A stretch of 64,000 nt of DNA from an uncultured Verrucomicrobiae bacterium. Its GTDB lineage: Bacteria; Verrucomicrobiota; Verrucomicrobiia; Limisphaerales; Palsa-1400. A model generated the notes under the pieces. That model made no database searches. It was given only the letters and a program-made list of their open reading frames with translations, and had not been told where the DNA came from. The stretch lies in NCBI GenBank assembly GCA_963707025.1, contig CAVPOM010000005.1, forward strand, positions 320,001-384,000, given 5' to 3'. Positions 40,117 to 53,853 of this stretch are shown in pieces; position 1 is the first letter of the stretch; every line of letters begins with the position of its first letter. Both the position numbers and the translations under genes were made by a program.

Positions 40117-43100
40117 TTATGGGAGCTGCACTCTGAAGAATTGGTTGCCGCTAGTCGCCGCGTTCGTGAAGGGCGAGACCGCGGTGAGGTTCGTGGTCCA
40201 CGGACCGAGCACGGTGGGGGCTTGCAGGAGCATGCCCGAGGGCCAAGTGAGCACGACGCTTGTGCCGGAGGGTGTGATGCTCATAATCGGCTGGCCTGAG
40301 TAGAGAGCACTGACCTCAGCGGCGGAGAGGGCCCGGGGAATGATGGCGGCATGAGCGATGTTGGCAGCCAACAATCGCGCCGTTCCATAGTCGGGCGCAC
40401 CGCCAATCCAAACATCAAGGTTGTTCCCGGTGGGAGCGATGAGAATGGAGTTGCTGGCCATAAGCGCTCCATCTACATAAAACAAACCATCGAAGCCAAG
40501 AGAGCCCCGTTGTAGGTATAGGCCACGAAATGCCAGTTGCCATCCACAATGGAGGTTGCACTGGTGGCGTCGGCGGCACCACCGTTGCCGTCGTTAGCGC
40601 CCGGGAAGCCGGAGCCGTTGACGCTTATGCGCCAGGAGGTGTCTCCGTGCCCGATTAGTCCCGCAAAATTGGGGTACCCTCCTACATAGACCCAAGCCAT
40701 CGTGGTGATGCCACCGGTGATGTTGAACGGGCCTTCGGGAATATCCACGTAAGCGGTGGTTCCGTCAAATGCGGCGGCATAACTGGGGGAGCCGAAGTAT
40801 GCATTGGGCGGGCCTGCCCCTCCAAGGACCGCACTGCCAACGTAGGTTCCGTTATAGCCTCCGGCCATGTCGTAAGCCACGGTGCCGATGGGTTCGTTCA
40901 AAGGCCAGTAGCCCAGTGGTTTGAGCGCCATCAGGTTCGCCTGATACGGGGTGGGGGAAAAGACGGTAAGGACCGCCGGCGCAGTGAAGAGACCGCCATA
41001 GGTATTGCTGACCGCGCAAGTGTAGCTGCCAGCATTGGCGGACTGCACGTTGGGTATCGTCAATGCGGCCGTGGTGGCTCCGCTGATGGGCTGCGTGCCG
41101 TTGTTGAAATACCAGTGATAGGTATAGGGCGGCAAGCCAACGTTGACCAGACTCAAGTTGAGCGTTCCGCCGGCCAGAAGGTTGACAACGGCCTCAGGTT
41201 GTTGCGTAATTAGCGGCTCGCTCAGCGGGACGGTGATGAGGGCGCTGGTTCCGGTGATGCCGTTGACCGTGGCGCTGATGGTGGCGCTGCCGCCGCCGAC
41301 GGCGGTGATCAAACCGCTGCTACTCACCGTGAGGGCGGACGGGTTGCTGCTGATCCAGTTGGTGGCGGAGCCGGTGACGGTCACACCCGATGCGTCGGCA
41401 AAATTTGCAACCACGGTGGCCTGCTGGGTTGACTCGCCAGGCATGGTGGTATTGGCCGTGACGGTAACCAAGGCCGGCGTGAGGTTGTTCACCAGGACAC
41501 CCGGACCGGCGGCGGCGCTGACCGCTATGAACAAGGGTGTGACGGCGCCGTGCCAGATCCGCAACTCGTAGATGGTGCCGTTAAACTGGTCGTCACCGCC
41601 GTAAGGGTCTGCTCCGAAAGTATCGTCGGACGTGTTACCAAAGTTGCCGGGAGAATGAGTGGCATTGGCAAAAGTCACCGTGCCGGGATTTCCAGGACCG
41701 GCATCCAAGGCTCCGTTGAGATAGAGATTGGCTGTCAAGGCGACGTTATCATAGGTTACAGCAAGGTATTCCTCGACGCCTGACGGCAAGCCGGGGGAAT
41801 TGATGTCAATCTCGCCGCCGTTTGGCGTGAAGGCCACTCTCATGTTACCGGAACTGCTGGAGGGGATCAGCCCGAAGTTGACCGAGCCGCCGCTGACGCC
41901 GAAGGACCATATCTCGGCCCACTCGCGCACCGCATTCTGCGTCACCCAGCATTCGACCGTGACGGAGTTGTCGCCCTGGACAATCCCATTGGGCAGAGAC
42001 ACATAACCTGAAGGAGCGCCGGAAGTCCCGGTCCCCGGCAGGGCAAGGCCGTTGTTGATGGTGGCGGGGTTGCTGCCTGCAACCAGGGTGCCATTGGCGG
42101 TGCCGAGAGCATCGGACGCATCGCTGACGAAGCTGTAGCGATGCTGAAGCACCGCCTGAAAAACCGTCAACGACACCACAACGCTGTTGCTGGTGCCGAG
42201 CGGGTTGCTGACATGGACGTAATAACTGCCGGCATTGGTAAGGACAACCGGGTTAAAAACAAGCGAGGCGTTGGTGGCGCCGGGGATGGCGTTGGTGACA
42301 TCATTGTTGACATACAGCCATTGATAGGCCAACTGTCCGCCGAGAGCGCTGACGGCAAAGGTCGCTGAGTCGCCCACAACCGCGGTGGCATCGGACGGCT
42401 GCTGCGTAATCCCCGGCGGGGTCGAGGCGACGGAAATCAACAGGCTCGTGGCGGTGAGGCCCGCGACCTTGGCAGTGACCGTGGCGCTGCCGTCATGTTG
42501 CCCGGTGATCAAGCCGCTGGCACTCACCGTGAGGACATTCGTGTCGCTGCTGGTCCAGTTGGTGACGGCGCCGGTGATGGTGACGCCGGAGGCTTGGGTG
42601 AAATTGGCCACCACGGTCGCTTGTTCGGTTTGCGCTCCCAATATGTTGGTGCTGGGAACATTGACAGTCACGTTGTGCGGGGTCAGGTCTGTCGCCACGA
42701 CGGCCGGACCGGTGGCGGCGCTGAGCGCCTCGTACAAGGGTGAAAGGGCGCCATTCCATATCCGCAACTCGTAAACGGTGCCGTCAAACTGCGCATCACC
42801 ATAGATGTCGGCTCCTATGTAATTGTTGACGGTGCCGCCCGCGCCGCCGTAGCTGCCAGGAGAATAATTAGGATAAATATTACTGGGATACGTAAAAGTG
42901 CCAATAAGGACACCATTGGTATAAAGACTGCCCAGCAGGCTGGCATTGTTGTAAGTTACGGCGACGTATTGTTCCGTACCTGACGGGAAGGTAATACCTG
43001 AAAAAATATAATCATTGCCCAAGCCGACACCAAAGTTGCCCACATCCGTGTGACCGCTGTTGTTGCCCGGATCCGGGATGAGGGCGAAGTTGTAGTGTTG

Positions 43101-45428
43101 GTTGTTGATGCCGAAGTCCCAAACCTCCGCCCAGGTGCGCTGCGCGGCCTGGGTCATCCAGCATTCAACCGTTATGGAGGAGTCGCCTTGAATAATGCCG
43201 CTGGGCAGAGACACATAGCCTGACTGTGTGCCACCGGTCGTCCCCGGCAGGATAAGGCCGTTGTTGAAGGAGGCGGCGGTTCCGGTGCCGGGAGGCACCA
43301 GCGTCCCATCCCAAGCGGAGCCCCCGACCGAATCGGAAGCATCGCTGACGAAGCTGTAACGATGCATCAGGGTCTGGGAGGTGACGGTAATGGAGCTGCT
43401 GGTGGCGGTCTGGCCGGCGACTGTGGCGCTGACCGTGGCGCTGCCGACACCAACCCCAGTGATCCAACCGCTGCTGCTCACGGTGAGAACAGCCGGGTTG
43501 CTGCTGATCCAGTTGGTGGCGTCGTCAGTTGCCGGCAGAATGGCTGCGGCTGTTTGGGCGAGCTGCACGGTGACCGCAGCTTGCTGGGTTCCAGTGACAA
43601 CCACCGTGGCGGGGGCCGTGACGGTGATGGAGGTGGGGGTCAGGCTTGTAATATCCACCAGGGCAGTGTAACCGAGCGCCAGGCTGGCAGAGATATACCG
43701 TTGTGGAACAGCGCCGTTCCAAATCCGAAACTCATAGATAGTGCCGCCAAACTGGGGATCATTAAAGCGGTCGTTTCCCAAATAATTTGCGGTTGTCCCG
43801 ACCCCGTTGGCGCTTCCATAGAAGCCAGGACAAAAATTAGTGCCGGGCAAAAGATAGCTGCCATCCAGGACGCCGTTGGTATAAAGTTTGCCTGTCACGG
43901 TGGTATTGTTGTAAGTTACGACGGTGTATGATGTTGTACCATCAGCCTGTATGTAATCAGGCGGATCTATATCCAGCTCTCCGTTGTTTGGGGCGAAAGC
44001 GACTCTCTTCTGAAGAGGCCCCGGGGAGTCTTGGATCAGCGCGAAGTTGGTCGTGGCCGAGCCGCCGGTGATGCCGAAGTCCCAAATCTCCGCCCACGTA
44101 TTTACCGCGGAAGGCTGTGCCCAGCATTCGACCGATATCGAGGAGTCGCCGAGAATAATCCCGTTGGGAAAAGAGAGATAACCTGAATGGACGGTGCCGC
44201 TGGTGGTGGTCGCCCCCGGCAGCGAAAGACCGTTGCCGATGGTGGCGGGGCTAAGTCCGGTGGTGGGCAGCACAAGGGTGCCATTCCAAGCGGCGCCTCC
44301 CACGGAATCGGAAGCATCGCTGATAAAGCTGTAACGATGTTGAAGGACCGGGGTGGTGACGGTGATGGTGCCGCTGGTGGCGGTGACGCCGGCGACCGTG
44401 GCGGTAACCGTGGCGCTGCCGAGGCCGACCGCGCTGATAAATCCGTTGCTATTGACCGTGAGAACGCCCGGGTTGCTGCTGATCCAGTTGGTGGCGTCGA
44501 GGGTTGCCAGCAAATTGGAGGAGCCTGTTTGCGCAAGCTGCACAGTGACTGTGGTTGGTGCCGTTCCAGTGACAGGCACGCTGGCGGGGCCTGTGACGGT
44601 GACGGAGGTGGGAGTCAGGTGCGTAGTATCCACAAGGACACTGGGGCCGAGCACGTTGGCGGCAGAGACATACCGTTGAGGAACGGCGCCGTTCCAGATG
44701 CGCAGTTCGTAGATGGTGCCGGCAAACTGGGGATCACCATACACGTCATTTCCCAGGGTATTATTGGTCGTCCCATTCCCGGAGACAGATCCATAGCTGC
44801 CCGGAGAAAAATTAGTATTGGCGAAGAACGTCGCGCCATCCAGGACTGCGTTGAGAAAAAGATTGCCTCTTAAGATGGAATTGTCGTAGGTTACGGCAAC
44901 GTAAGACGTTACCCCGACCGGCAGGACTCCACCACTCGCCACAATATCCACCTCTCCGTTGTTTGGAGTGAAGGCCGCTCTGATTTGACTCCCGCTGCCG
45001 TTGGGGATGAGCGCGAAGTTGGTCTTGGTCCCGTTGGTGATGCCGAAGTCCCAAATCTCCGTGTTCCGAACAGACGAGGTCGGGTTGACCCAGCATTCAA
45101 CCGTGACGGAGGCGTCACCCAGTACAATCCCTTGGGGCAAAGACAAATAACCCGCAATACCACTGCCGGCAGCCGGATTCCCCGGAAGGATAAGGCCGCT
45201 GCTGATGGTGGCGGCGCCTCCGCTTATGGGCGGTATGATTGTTCCATTCCACGCGGAGCCTCCCACGGAATCGGAGGCATCGGTGGCAAAGCTGTAACGA
45301 TGCGTCAGGGTTTGCGCCGAGAGCAAGCAAGGCAAACCGAGAAAAACCAGAGTCAAGGCAAACAGATGATCGGACGCAAGGCGGGCCAACCCAAGCCGTG
45401 CAAAGGTGGTCTTCATATTTCGTTTCAT
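40117..45428 (-). CDS. Giant secreted LamG-like jellyroll/Ig repeat protein (~1770 aa); apparent frameshift ~40500
   Basis: Signal peptide; four modules starting HRYSF..DASD, each with YELRIW/YEFRIW and a Big_2-like W.SSN...TV..SG.I segment; Ig domains (ITQQP...Y.W); a final LamG (GYWPLNE); C-terminal ...QFFRVQLP in ORF 40117-40485. Confidence 0.85.
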
Positions 45429-45630
45429 ATTTCTTTCTTTCGCTTAGCTACTTTGATTCACCCCGCACTCGGCGGGTGAAACTGGTTTCTTGCGGCTGGA
45501 ACGGTGCGAACCGCCGTACAATGCTGCCGCCAATGCCCTGAGGAGACGCCAAGGACGCCTTGAGGTTGCCAAGGCACCCAACATCTCCGGGCTTTCCAGA
45601 GTTTTATCACGGCGCGGTTGATGTTGTCAT

Positions 45631-45648
45631 GTGGCATGAAATGGCCAC
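45631..45648. promoter_or_regulatory. 18-bp palindromic operator, copy 1
   Basis: GTGGCATGAAATGGCCAC with extended flanks tgtcat/acgaca; lies upstream of the divergent LamG gene. Confidence 0.7.
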
Positions 45649-45851
45649 ACGACAGGCCAGGGGAAACGGAGTGTTGGAGCGCTGGAGCGTTGGGAAGGAT
45701 GGTGGCGGGTTTTTCCGGCAAAAAGCCAACTTTCGCTTGAATGGTGAGACAATTTGTCGCACCGTGCTGGTGATGGAAAGTCGAACAGGCATTCCCGCAA
45801 GACACCGTGCAAAGCACGATCAGAAGTCGCAGGCAAGCGACGCAGGGCAAT

Positions 45852-45869
45852 GTGACATGAAATGGCCAC
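45852..45869. promoter_or_regulatory. 18-bp operator, copy 2
   Basis: GTGACATGAAATGGCCAC; -10-like TATAGT at 45892-45897. Confidence 0.7.
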
Positions 45870-45927
45870 TTGGACGCTTCAAACAGTGTGGTATAGTCTT
45901 AGGGGGAGTCCCTGATAGAGGCCGGCT

Positions 45928-48900
45928 ATGAATCACCCATATCGTCCAGTTCGTTTTTCGATATTCGGAGGCGAGTTGGATTGTCTCCGGCTGTTGGGCG
46001 TGCTTTTTATTGGAGCGATGCAGGCTGGCATCGGTGTGGCCCGGGCGGATACCGTCACTGACGTGACGAATATTCAAGCCGGCGGTTACGGAGGGCTTTA
46101 TATTGGCAATCGCGCGCCGTTGGAGCCCAGTCCGCTTGTGCGCCTGCCGCCCGGCAGCATTCAGCCGCAGGGCTGGTTGCTCACGATGCTGCAAAACCAG
46201 AGCAACGGCTTGAACGGTTTGCAGGAAGAGATTTCGCCATTTCTACAGTTCTCCACCAGCGATTGGACCACGCCCAATGGTTCCGGCACGACGCAGGGAT
46301 GGGAACGCGTGCCTTACTGGCTGCGCGGCTACATTGACATGGGTTATTGTCTGAACAGCCCCGCGATCATCAGCAATTCCACCCGGTGGGTCAAGGGGGT
46401 CATGAACTCAGCCCGCACCAATGGATATTTCGGGCCGGCGCAGGATTACGCGGACGCGACGGTCACCTCGGACTTGGGAATAAATGTGCCGGATTTGTGG
46501 CCCAACATGCCGATGCTCGACGCGCTACGGTCCTATTACGAATACACTGGTGATTCCAATGCCCTGACCTTGATGCGGAATTATTGCTCCTGGCAGACAA
46601 ACTTGCCCGCGACCGATTTCGGCGCAGGTTACTGGCCGATGATGCGCATGGGCGACAGCATCAACAGCATTTATTGGTTATATAACCGGCTGGGGGAACC
46701 TTGGATGCTCAATCTTGCCTCCAACATGTATGCCAACATGGCGCGGTGGGACACGCCCAACACCCTGCCCAATTGGCATAACGTGAACATTGCCGAAGGC
46801 TTCCGCGCCCCGACCGTTTACTGGCAGCAATCCGGCGACCCGGCTCAATTCCAATTTGCCGAGTCCAACTACCAGGTGGTCATGGGTCAATATGGCCAGG
46901 TGCCGGGTGGCGGATTCGGCGGGGATGAGAATTGCCGCCCCGCTTATTATGGTCCTCGACAGGCCTTGGAAACGTGTGGGGTGGTGGAGTTCATGCGCAG
47001 CTTTGAAATTCTCACCCGCATCACTGGCAATCCGGTGTGGGCCGAGCGGTGTGAGGACATCGCGGCCAACACCTTCCCGGCGGCGTTGCGGACCAATCTG
47101 CTGTCGCTGCATTACTTGACGGCACCCAATCAGCCTGAAACGGACAACGAAAGCAAATCGCCCGACATCAACAACGGCGGCAACCCCTGGTTCTCCTACA
47201 GCCCCTCCGAGCCTAATTTCTTCTGTTGCGAGCATAATCATGGCATGGGCTGGCCGTATTTCTGTGAGGAAACATGGCTGGCCACTTGGGACAACGGCCT
47301 GTGCGCTTCGCTGTATGCGCCGACCACGGTGCGGGCGCGCGCGGGCGACGGCAGCACCGTGATTGTCAACGAATCCACCGACTACCCGTTCGGCGACACG
47401 GTTCAGTTGACGGTTTCGTTCCCGGTCGCAAACAGTGTGACTTTTCCGCTTTATTTACGCGTGCCGCAGTGGTGTTCCAACAGTTGGATCCAAATCAACG
47501 GGCAGAGCGTCGTGTCCAACAGCACACCCAGTTCTTACGTGTGCATCCTGCGCTCATGGTCCAAGGGCGACGAGGTTGTGTTGCATTTGCCGCGTCAAAT
47601 CACGCTGCGAACCTGGACGGCCAACAACAACTGTGTTTCGGTTAATTACGGTGCGCTGGCCTTCTCCCTGCAAATTGAGGAGAATTGGCAGCCTTACGGC
47701 AACAACCCCGCGCCCTGGACGGAAACCGAAGCCTACCCCGCGACTGCATGGAATTATGGGCTGGTGTTAAACAGCACCAATCCGGCCGCCTCGTTTACGG
47801 TGGTGACCAATCCCGGCACCATGGCGGCGAATCCTTTTACACTGGATGCGGTCCCGATCACTTTGCAGGTCCAGGCACGGCAAATTCCTGCCTGGACGCT
47901 CGACGGCCATTACGCCGTCGGCCCGATTCAACCCAGCCCGGTTTACAGCACACAGCCGGAACAGACAGCTACCTTGGTGCCGATGGGCGCGGCCCGGCTG
48001 CGCATTGCGGCGTTTCCGACCGTCAGCACAAATCCCAGCGCAACTTGGTGGAGCGCGCCGTATTCGCCCAGCGCTTCTTACACGAATTCCACCGACACCG
48101 TTCAGGCCATGAACGACGCCTTGCAGCCCGCCAGTTCCAGCGACACGAGCATTCCGCGCATGACGTGGTGGAATCATCTGGGCACGCTGGAGTGGGCCGA
48201 GGGGAAGTTCACGGGCTTGTGCCAGTTGAGCCAAGTGTCGGTTTATTGGTATGACGACACCGGTTTTGGCCAATGCCGGGTGCCGCAATCGTGGTGGGTG
48301 GAATATCTGGCCGGCACAAACTGGATGGCGGTCTCCGGCGCCAGCGCCTGCGGCGTGGCACGCAATCAATTCAACACGGTGCAATTTACTCCGGTGCAAA
48401 CGACCGCCGTGCGGCTTTACGTCCAACTCCAGAGCGGATTTTCGGGGGGCATTTTGCAATGGCAGGCGCCCGCGCCACCCGTGGTTTCGCTCACCGCGCA
48501 CTATCCCTTGGACGGCAGCCTGGCCGAAACCGCATCGAGTCAATCCGGCATCCTATACGGAGGCGCCTATGTGAGCGACCGGTTTGGCGCGGCCGGCAAA
48601 GCCCTTCAGTTCAACGGTACCAGCAGCGATTACGCGGTCATTCCCCGTCCAAACTGGATGGATTGGACCATCGCCTTCTGGGTCAAGACGACGGCGACCG
48701 GCGGCAGTGGCGGATGGTTTAACGGTCGAGGCCTGGTGGACGGCGAAGTGGCGGGCGTGGCGGATGACTTTGGCACTTCGCTCGTGGGCAACAAGGCGGC
48801 CTTCGGGGTGGGCAATCCGGACACCACCATTACCTCGACGACGGCGATCAACGACGGCCAATGGCATCATGTGGCGGCAACCCGCAGCACGTGGACTGGA

Positions 48901-49607
48901 CAGATGCAACTTTATGTGGACGGCGTCAGGCAGGCGAGTGCGACCGGGCCATTCGGCCCCAAAACCTCGCCGCCAAACCTGCGCCTTGGCAGCATTCAGA
49001 CGGGGGTTGCGGGAGGTTTCTTTTCCGGCGCGCTGGACGACGTGCAAATTTTTAACCGCGTCCTGTCGGCGCCGGAAATCACCGTGGTGATGAATGGATC
49101 CCTGACGATAAGTCCAATTGCCAGCACCGATCTGATCGCCGGGCAAACGTTGATGGTGAGCAATTCGGCAGTGGATCCTTATGCGCCGCCTGCGACGCTC
49201 ACTTGGAGCCTGCTGGAAGCTCCCACCGGCGCCGCCCTGGCTCCCGGCAGCGGGATGCTGACGTGGCGGCCGACGATTGGCCAATCGTCCACGACCAATT
49301 TGTTCTCCGTTTTCGTCAGCGATAATGGTTCTCCCAGCCTGAGTGCCACGGGGAATTTTCTGGTGAACGTCAGCCGCCGGCTCCTCCGCAAATAAGTTCT
49401 CCGTCCTGCGATGGCGGTTTGCTTCAATTCAACATCACCGGGGACGCGGGGCCGGACTACATTATCCAAACTTCGACCAACTTGAGCGTCGCAAACGGCT
49501 GGCAACCGGTGTTTTCCAACGGCTCGCCCGCGTTGCCCTTTATCTTCACCTGTTCGATTTCATCAAACTTCAACCAGCAGTTTTATCGCGTTCGCTTGGG
49601 GCCATGA
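45928..49607 (+). CDS. GH127/GH146-like beta-L-arabinofuranosidase with F5/8-type C, LamG and cadherin-like domains; apparent frameshift ~49374
   Basis: GWERVPYWL, WHNVNIA, ETCGVVE, CCEHNH and YPFG...LRVPQW; then WYDDTG..CRVP, LamG (DGQWHHVA) and C-terminal QFYRVRLGP in ORF 49419-49607. Confidence 0.85.
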
Positions 49608-49650
49608 GAAGTTTTAATGGTGCCCACAACCGGCGCCGATTCCATTTCCT

Positions 49651-49668
49651 GTGGCCTTTTCATGCCAC
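49651..49668. promoter_or_regulatory. 18-bp operator, copy 3
   Basis: GTGGCCTTTTCATGCCAC; -10-like TATCAT at 49692-49697; ATG at 49705. Confidence 0.7.
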
Positions 49669-49704
49669 AGGACAATGGGACGTGATGGCTGTATCATAAA
49701 GCAC

Positions 49705-52700
49705 ATGATTACCCAAGGAGGCCTGATACGAACCTCGCTCAGCTAACAGGGCTGAGGGCGTTTTGCCTCTGCGCGACCGCATTCGCGGTCAGCGCCAAGG
49801 GCGGCCCTTGGCAAATGAAATCCGCCCCGTTGATGACACCTTGGGCCAGCCTGGTGGACACCAATGATCCCCTGCCCGAGTATCCGCGTCCGCAGATGGT
49901 CCGCAGCAATTGGTTAAGCCTTAATGGCATCTGGCAGTTTCAGCCGGGCCTGACCAACAACGACCCGGTTCCGACCAACCAAACCCTGGCCTCCAGCATC
50001 CTGGTGCCGTTTCCGATGGAATCGGCCCTGTCGGGCGTCATGCAGGTACCACGCCTGGTCGTGGCATCGGCGGACCTTCACCGTCCCAAGCGCCTGGAGC
50101 GGCCAGCGCGTCATTCTGCATTTGGACGCAGTGGATTGGCAGGCGCAAGTCTTCGTCAATGGCCAAAGCTTCGGCACCCACAAGGGCGGTTACGACCCTT
50201 TCAGCTATGACATTACCACTGCGTTGACCGGCAGCGGCCCGCAGGAATTGATTGTGCAGGTTTATAATCCGGTGGACAACGGCAGCCAGCCGCGCGGCAA
50301 GCAAACCCTTTATCCGGGCGGGATCATGTACACCTCCTCCACCGGCCTGTGGCAGCCGGTTTGGCTGGAACCGGTGGACGCTTCCGGCGCGCAGAATCTG
50401 GTGATCATTCCTGACATTGACAATTCCCGCCTTCGCCTGACTGTCAATACCTATGCGGCCAGCGGGGTGGCCGTGAACGCAACGGCGCTGGACGGCACGA
50501 CCGCGGTCGGCACCGCCAGCGGCGCCGCCGGCACGGAATTGGACCTGGCCATTCCGAATCCCAAGCTGTGGTCGCCCGACAATCCGTTTCTCTACGGCCT
50601 CCAAATTACCCTGACCCACAACGGCGCCACCAACGACAAGGTGACCAGTTACTTTGGCATGCGAAAAATCTCCACCAACCTGGTCGCCGGCGTGCCGCGG
50701 ATCTTTCTCAACAACCACTTGCTTTTTGGCATGGGTCCTTTGGACCAGGGCTTCTGGCCGGACGGGATTTACACCGCGCCAACCGACGACGCCCTCAAAT
50801 ACGACTTGCAACAGGAGAAGGCGCTGGGTTTCAACCTGGTGCGCAAGCACATCAAGGTGGAGCGGCCACGCTGGTACTATTGGGCCGACGCTCTGGGCGT
50901 CCTGGTTTGGCAGGACATGCCAAGCTGCAACTCCTATACCGGCAATCCATCGCCGCCGGCGGTGGACCCGGTTCAATTTCAAACCGAGTTGGCCGCCCTG
51001 GTGCAAAACCACTGGAACAGCCCGGCCATCATCATGTGGGATCTCTTTAACGAGGGCCAGGGGGAAGCCGGCAGCGGCAACGGAGTCGGGCAGGCCAGCA
51101 CCGCGTCCCTGGTTCAACTGGTCAAAACGCTGGACCCTTCGCGCCTGGTCAACCAGGCCAGCGGCGGCAGCTACTTTGGCGTGGGTGATGTCCTGGACAA
51201 CCATAGTTATCCCGCGCCAGGCGATCCGGCCAGCACGACGCAGGCCCCGGTGGACGGAGAATTTGGCGGCATCGGCTTTCCAGTGGCCGGTCATTTGTGG
51301 AATCCCGCCTTGGCTGGCGGCAGCTACATTGGAGCGACGAGCACGGCGGACATCGCGCCCATTTATGATTCCTTTATTGACAGCCTTCTCGCTTATAAAT
51401 CTGGCGGCTTGAACGCGGCCGTCTATACGCAAATCACCGACGTCGAAAACGAGTGCAATGGTTTGATGACTTACGACCGCGTTCTCAAGCCCGATCCCAC
51501 CCGGATAACCGTCTCCAACCAGAAAGCCATTTCGGGGCAGGCCAACCTTTCGACCGTGGTGCCCACGTCTCAAACGGTCCCGCAGACCTGGCAATACACC
51601 ATCAACACCAATACCGCGTCCACCAATTGGTATGCCACCGATTTCAATGACTCCTCGTGGAGCACCGGCTTGGCCGGCTTCGGGACGGACGATCCGGGCG
51701 TGACGCCCAACACAGCGTGGAACACGCCCGGTTATATCTGGCTCAGGCGCACGTTTAATCCGGGCAACCTTGGCAACCAGCAGATCAGCAACCTGGTCTT
51801 CTCCGTCTATCACGACGAGGACGTGGTCATCTATATCAACGGCGTGCTGGCCGGCCAGGATTCCGGTTACACGACCTCTTACATAACCCTGGCCATGACC
51901 CCGCAGGCAAAGGCCGCGATTATTCCCAACGGCGCCAATGTTATGGCCGTTTCCTGCCACCAGACCACAGGCGGGCAGTTCATTGATGTCGGCCTCAGTG
52001 CCGACATCATCACGGCCAATACCTTGACGGTGCCGTCGGATTACGCTGGCTGCTGGCACCTGGACGAAACCAACGGAACCGTGGCATCGGATTCGTCCGG
52101 GAATGGAAACAACGGAACGGTCAACGGGGCGGCCTGGAACCCGCAAGGCAAGGTCAACGGGTGTCTGAGCTTTAATGGAGTCAACAATTATGTCCAGGTC
52201 AATCGCGATGTCAGCAATGATTTCACCATCGCCTTTTGGGTGAAAACGACCTCGGTCGGCGGCCTGGGAACATGGCGCGACGGGGAGGGCCTGGTTGACG
52301 GAAGCGCGGGCGCGGCTGCCACCGATTTTGGCACGGGGCTGGTCGCCAACCTCTTTGCCTTTGGAACCGGAAATCCCGGCACGAGTCTGCTCTCCAGCAC
52401 ACCGATCAATGATGGGTCGTGGCATCACTGCGTCGGGACACGGGTCCAGTCCTCGGGCGCGCTGCAACTCTATGTGGACGGTAACCTGGAAGCGAACGGC
52501 GTCGGCACGACCGGTTCGCTGGCGCCCTCCCCTTATCTGCGGTTCGGCTCCCTGCAATCGGGCGGAGGATTCTTCCAAGGCAGCCTGGACGAAATCAAGA
52601 TTTACAACCGCGTCCTGGGCGATTTGGAAATCGCCGCCTTGTACGACGACAGCGCCTCTGCGCCCGCCGCGCCGACCAATCTAACGGTCGCCGCGGGCAA

Positions 52701-53823
52701 CGCCCAGGCGACGTTGAATTGGTGGGAGGCGCCCGCCGTCACGAGTTACAACGTAGGCCGGTCCGTCTCTCGCGGCGGCCCCTTCACTCTGATCGCCAAC
52801 GTGAGTGCGCCCGGCTACACGGACACCAGCGTCGTCAACGGCACGACTTATTACTACGTCGTTTCATCTGTGAATTCCGCCGGTTCCGGTCCCAACTCCA
52901 GCCCAGTCAGCGCGTTGCCTTCCAACCTGGGGGCCTGGTTCACCGCGGATGTCATCACCGGACTGGCCAACGGCGCCAGTGTGTCCAATTGGACGGATTT
53001 GAGCGGTCATGGGAATAATGCGACCCAGACGGTGAGCGGCAAGCAGCCCTCCTATGTGGTCAACGCGATGAATGGCCTGCCAGTGGTGCGGTTTAACTCT
53101 GCCAACAGCAGCTATTTGTCGTTCAATCGTCCGGTGCAGGATGATTTTACGATGTTCATCGTCTATCAGAGCACTCAAACGAACCAGGGCACAGGCACGG
53201 CATTCTACCGGGGGGCCGGGCTGGTCAATGGTGATCAGCCGGGGGTGCAGAATGACTTTGGCGTCCAACTCAATGCCGATGGGCAGGTCACGGCGGGGAC
53301 AGGCAATCCGGACACGTCCATCAGTTCGGGCGCCGGGTTTAATGACGGCAAGCCGCATGTAGTGACCTTCGAGCGGACCGAGAATACCGGTGCCCTGGTG
53401 TTGTACGTGGATGGTGCAGAGGCGGCGGCGGGGACGGCCGGCGCCCAATCGCTGACAGCGCCGCCAACCTTGGACTTGGGGGCGGTGCCCAGCGGCGGAG
53501 GATTTCTGAGCGGCGACATCGCCGAGGTGCGGGTTTACAATGGCGCCCTGTCAACCTCCTCCAGGCAATCGCTGGAAACGGCCCTGTTCGTCAAGTATAT
53601 GGGTCTTGTGCCGCCGTCTTTGCGCGTGGCCGCGGGGCAGAGCAACGGCATCACCTTCACTTGGTCCGCGATTCCAGGCTTCAATCTTTACCGCGCCACC
53701 AGCCTGGCGCCGCCCATCGCCTGGTCCCTCGTCACCAACACACCCGCCAGCGTCAACGGAACCAACACCCTCACTCTCAGCCCCGCCGGCGCCGCCTGTT
53801 TCTTCGCATTGATTGACCAATGA
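49705..53823 (+). CDS. Multimodular GH2 glycoside hydrolase with beta-sandwich module, two LamG and FN3 domains; apparent frameshifts ~49735 and ~50046
   Basis: PEYPRPQ, VPFPMESALSG, DAVDW, QPRGKQ, LDQGFWPDG, RKHIKVE, WDLFNEG and YTQITDVENE; followed by LamG, FN3 (APTNL...YYYVVSS) and a second LamG. Confidence 0.85.
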
Positions 53824-53853
53824 TCCTGTGCAAGGATACCGCGAACCTAATTT

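Noticed and set aside
45430..45600. Possible riboswitch in the leader of the LamG gene
   Set aside because: A hairpin (ttcacccgc...gcggggtgaa) is present, but I could not match any known riboswitch consensus by eye. An Rfam/Infernal scan is needed.
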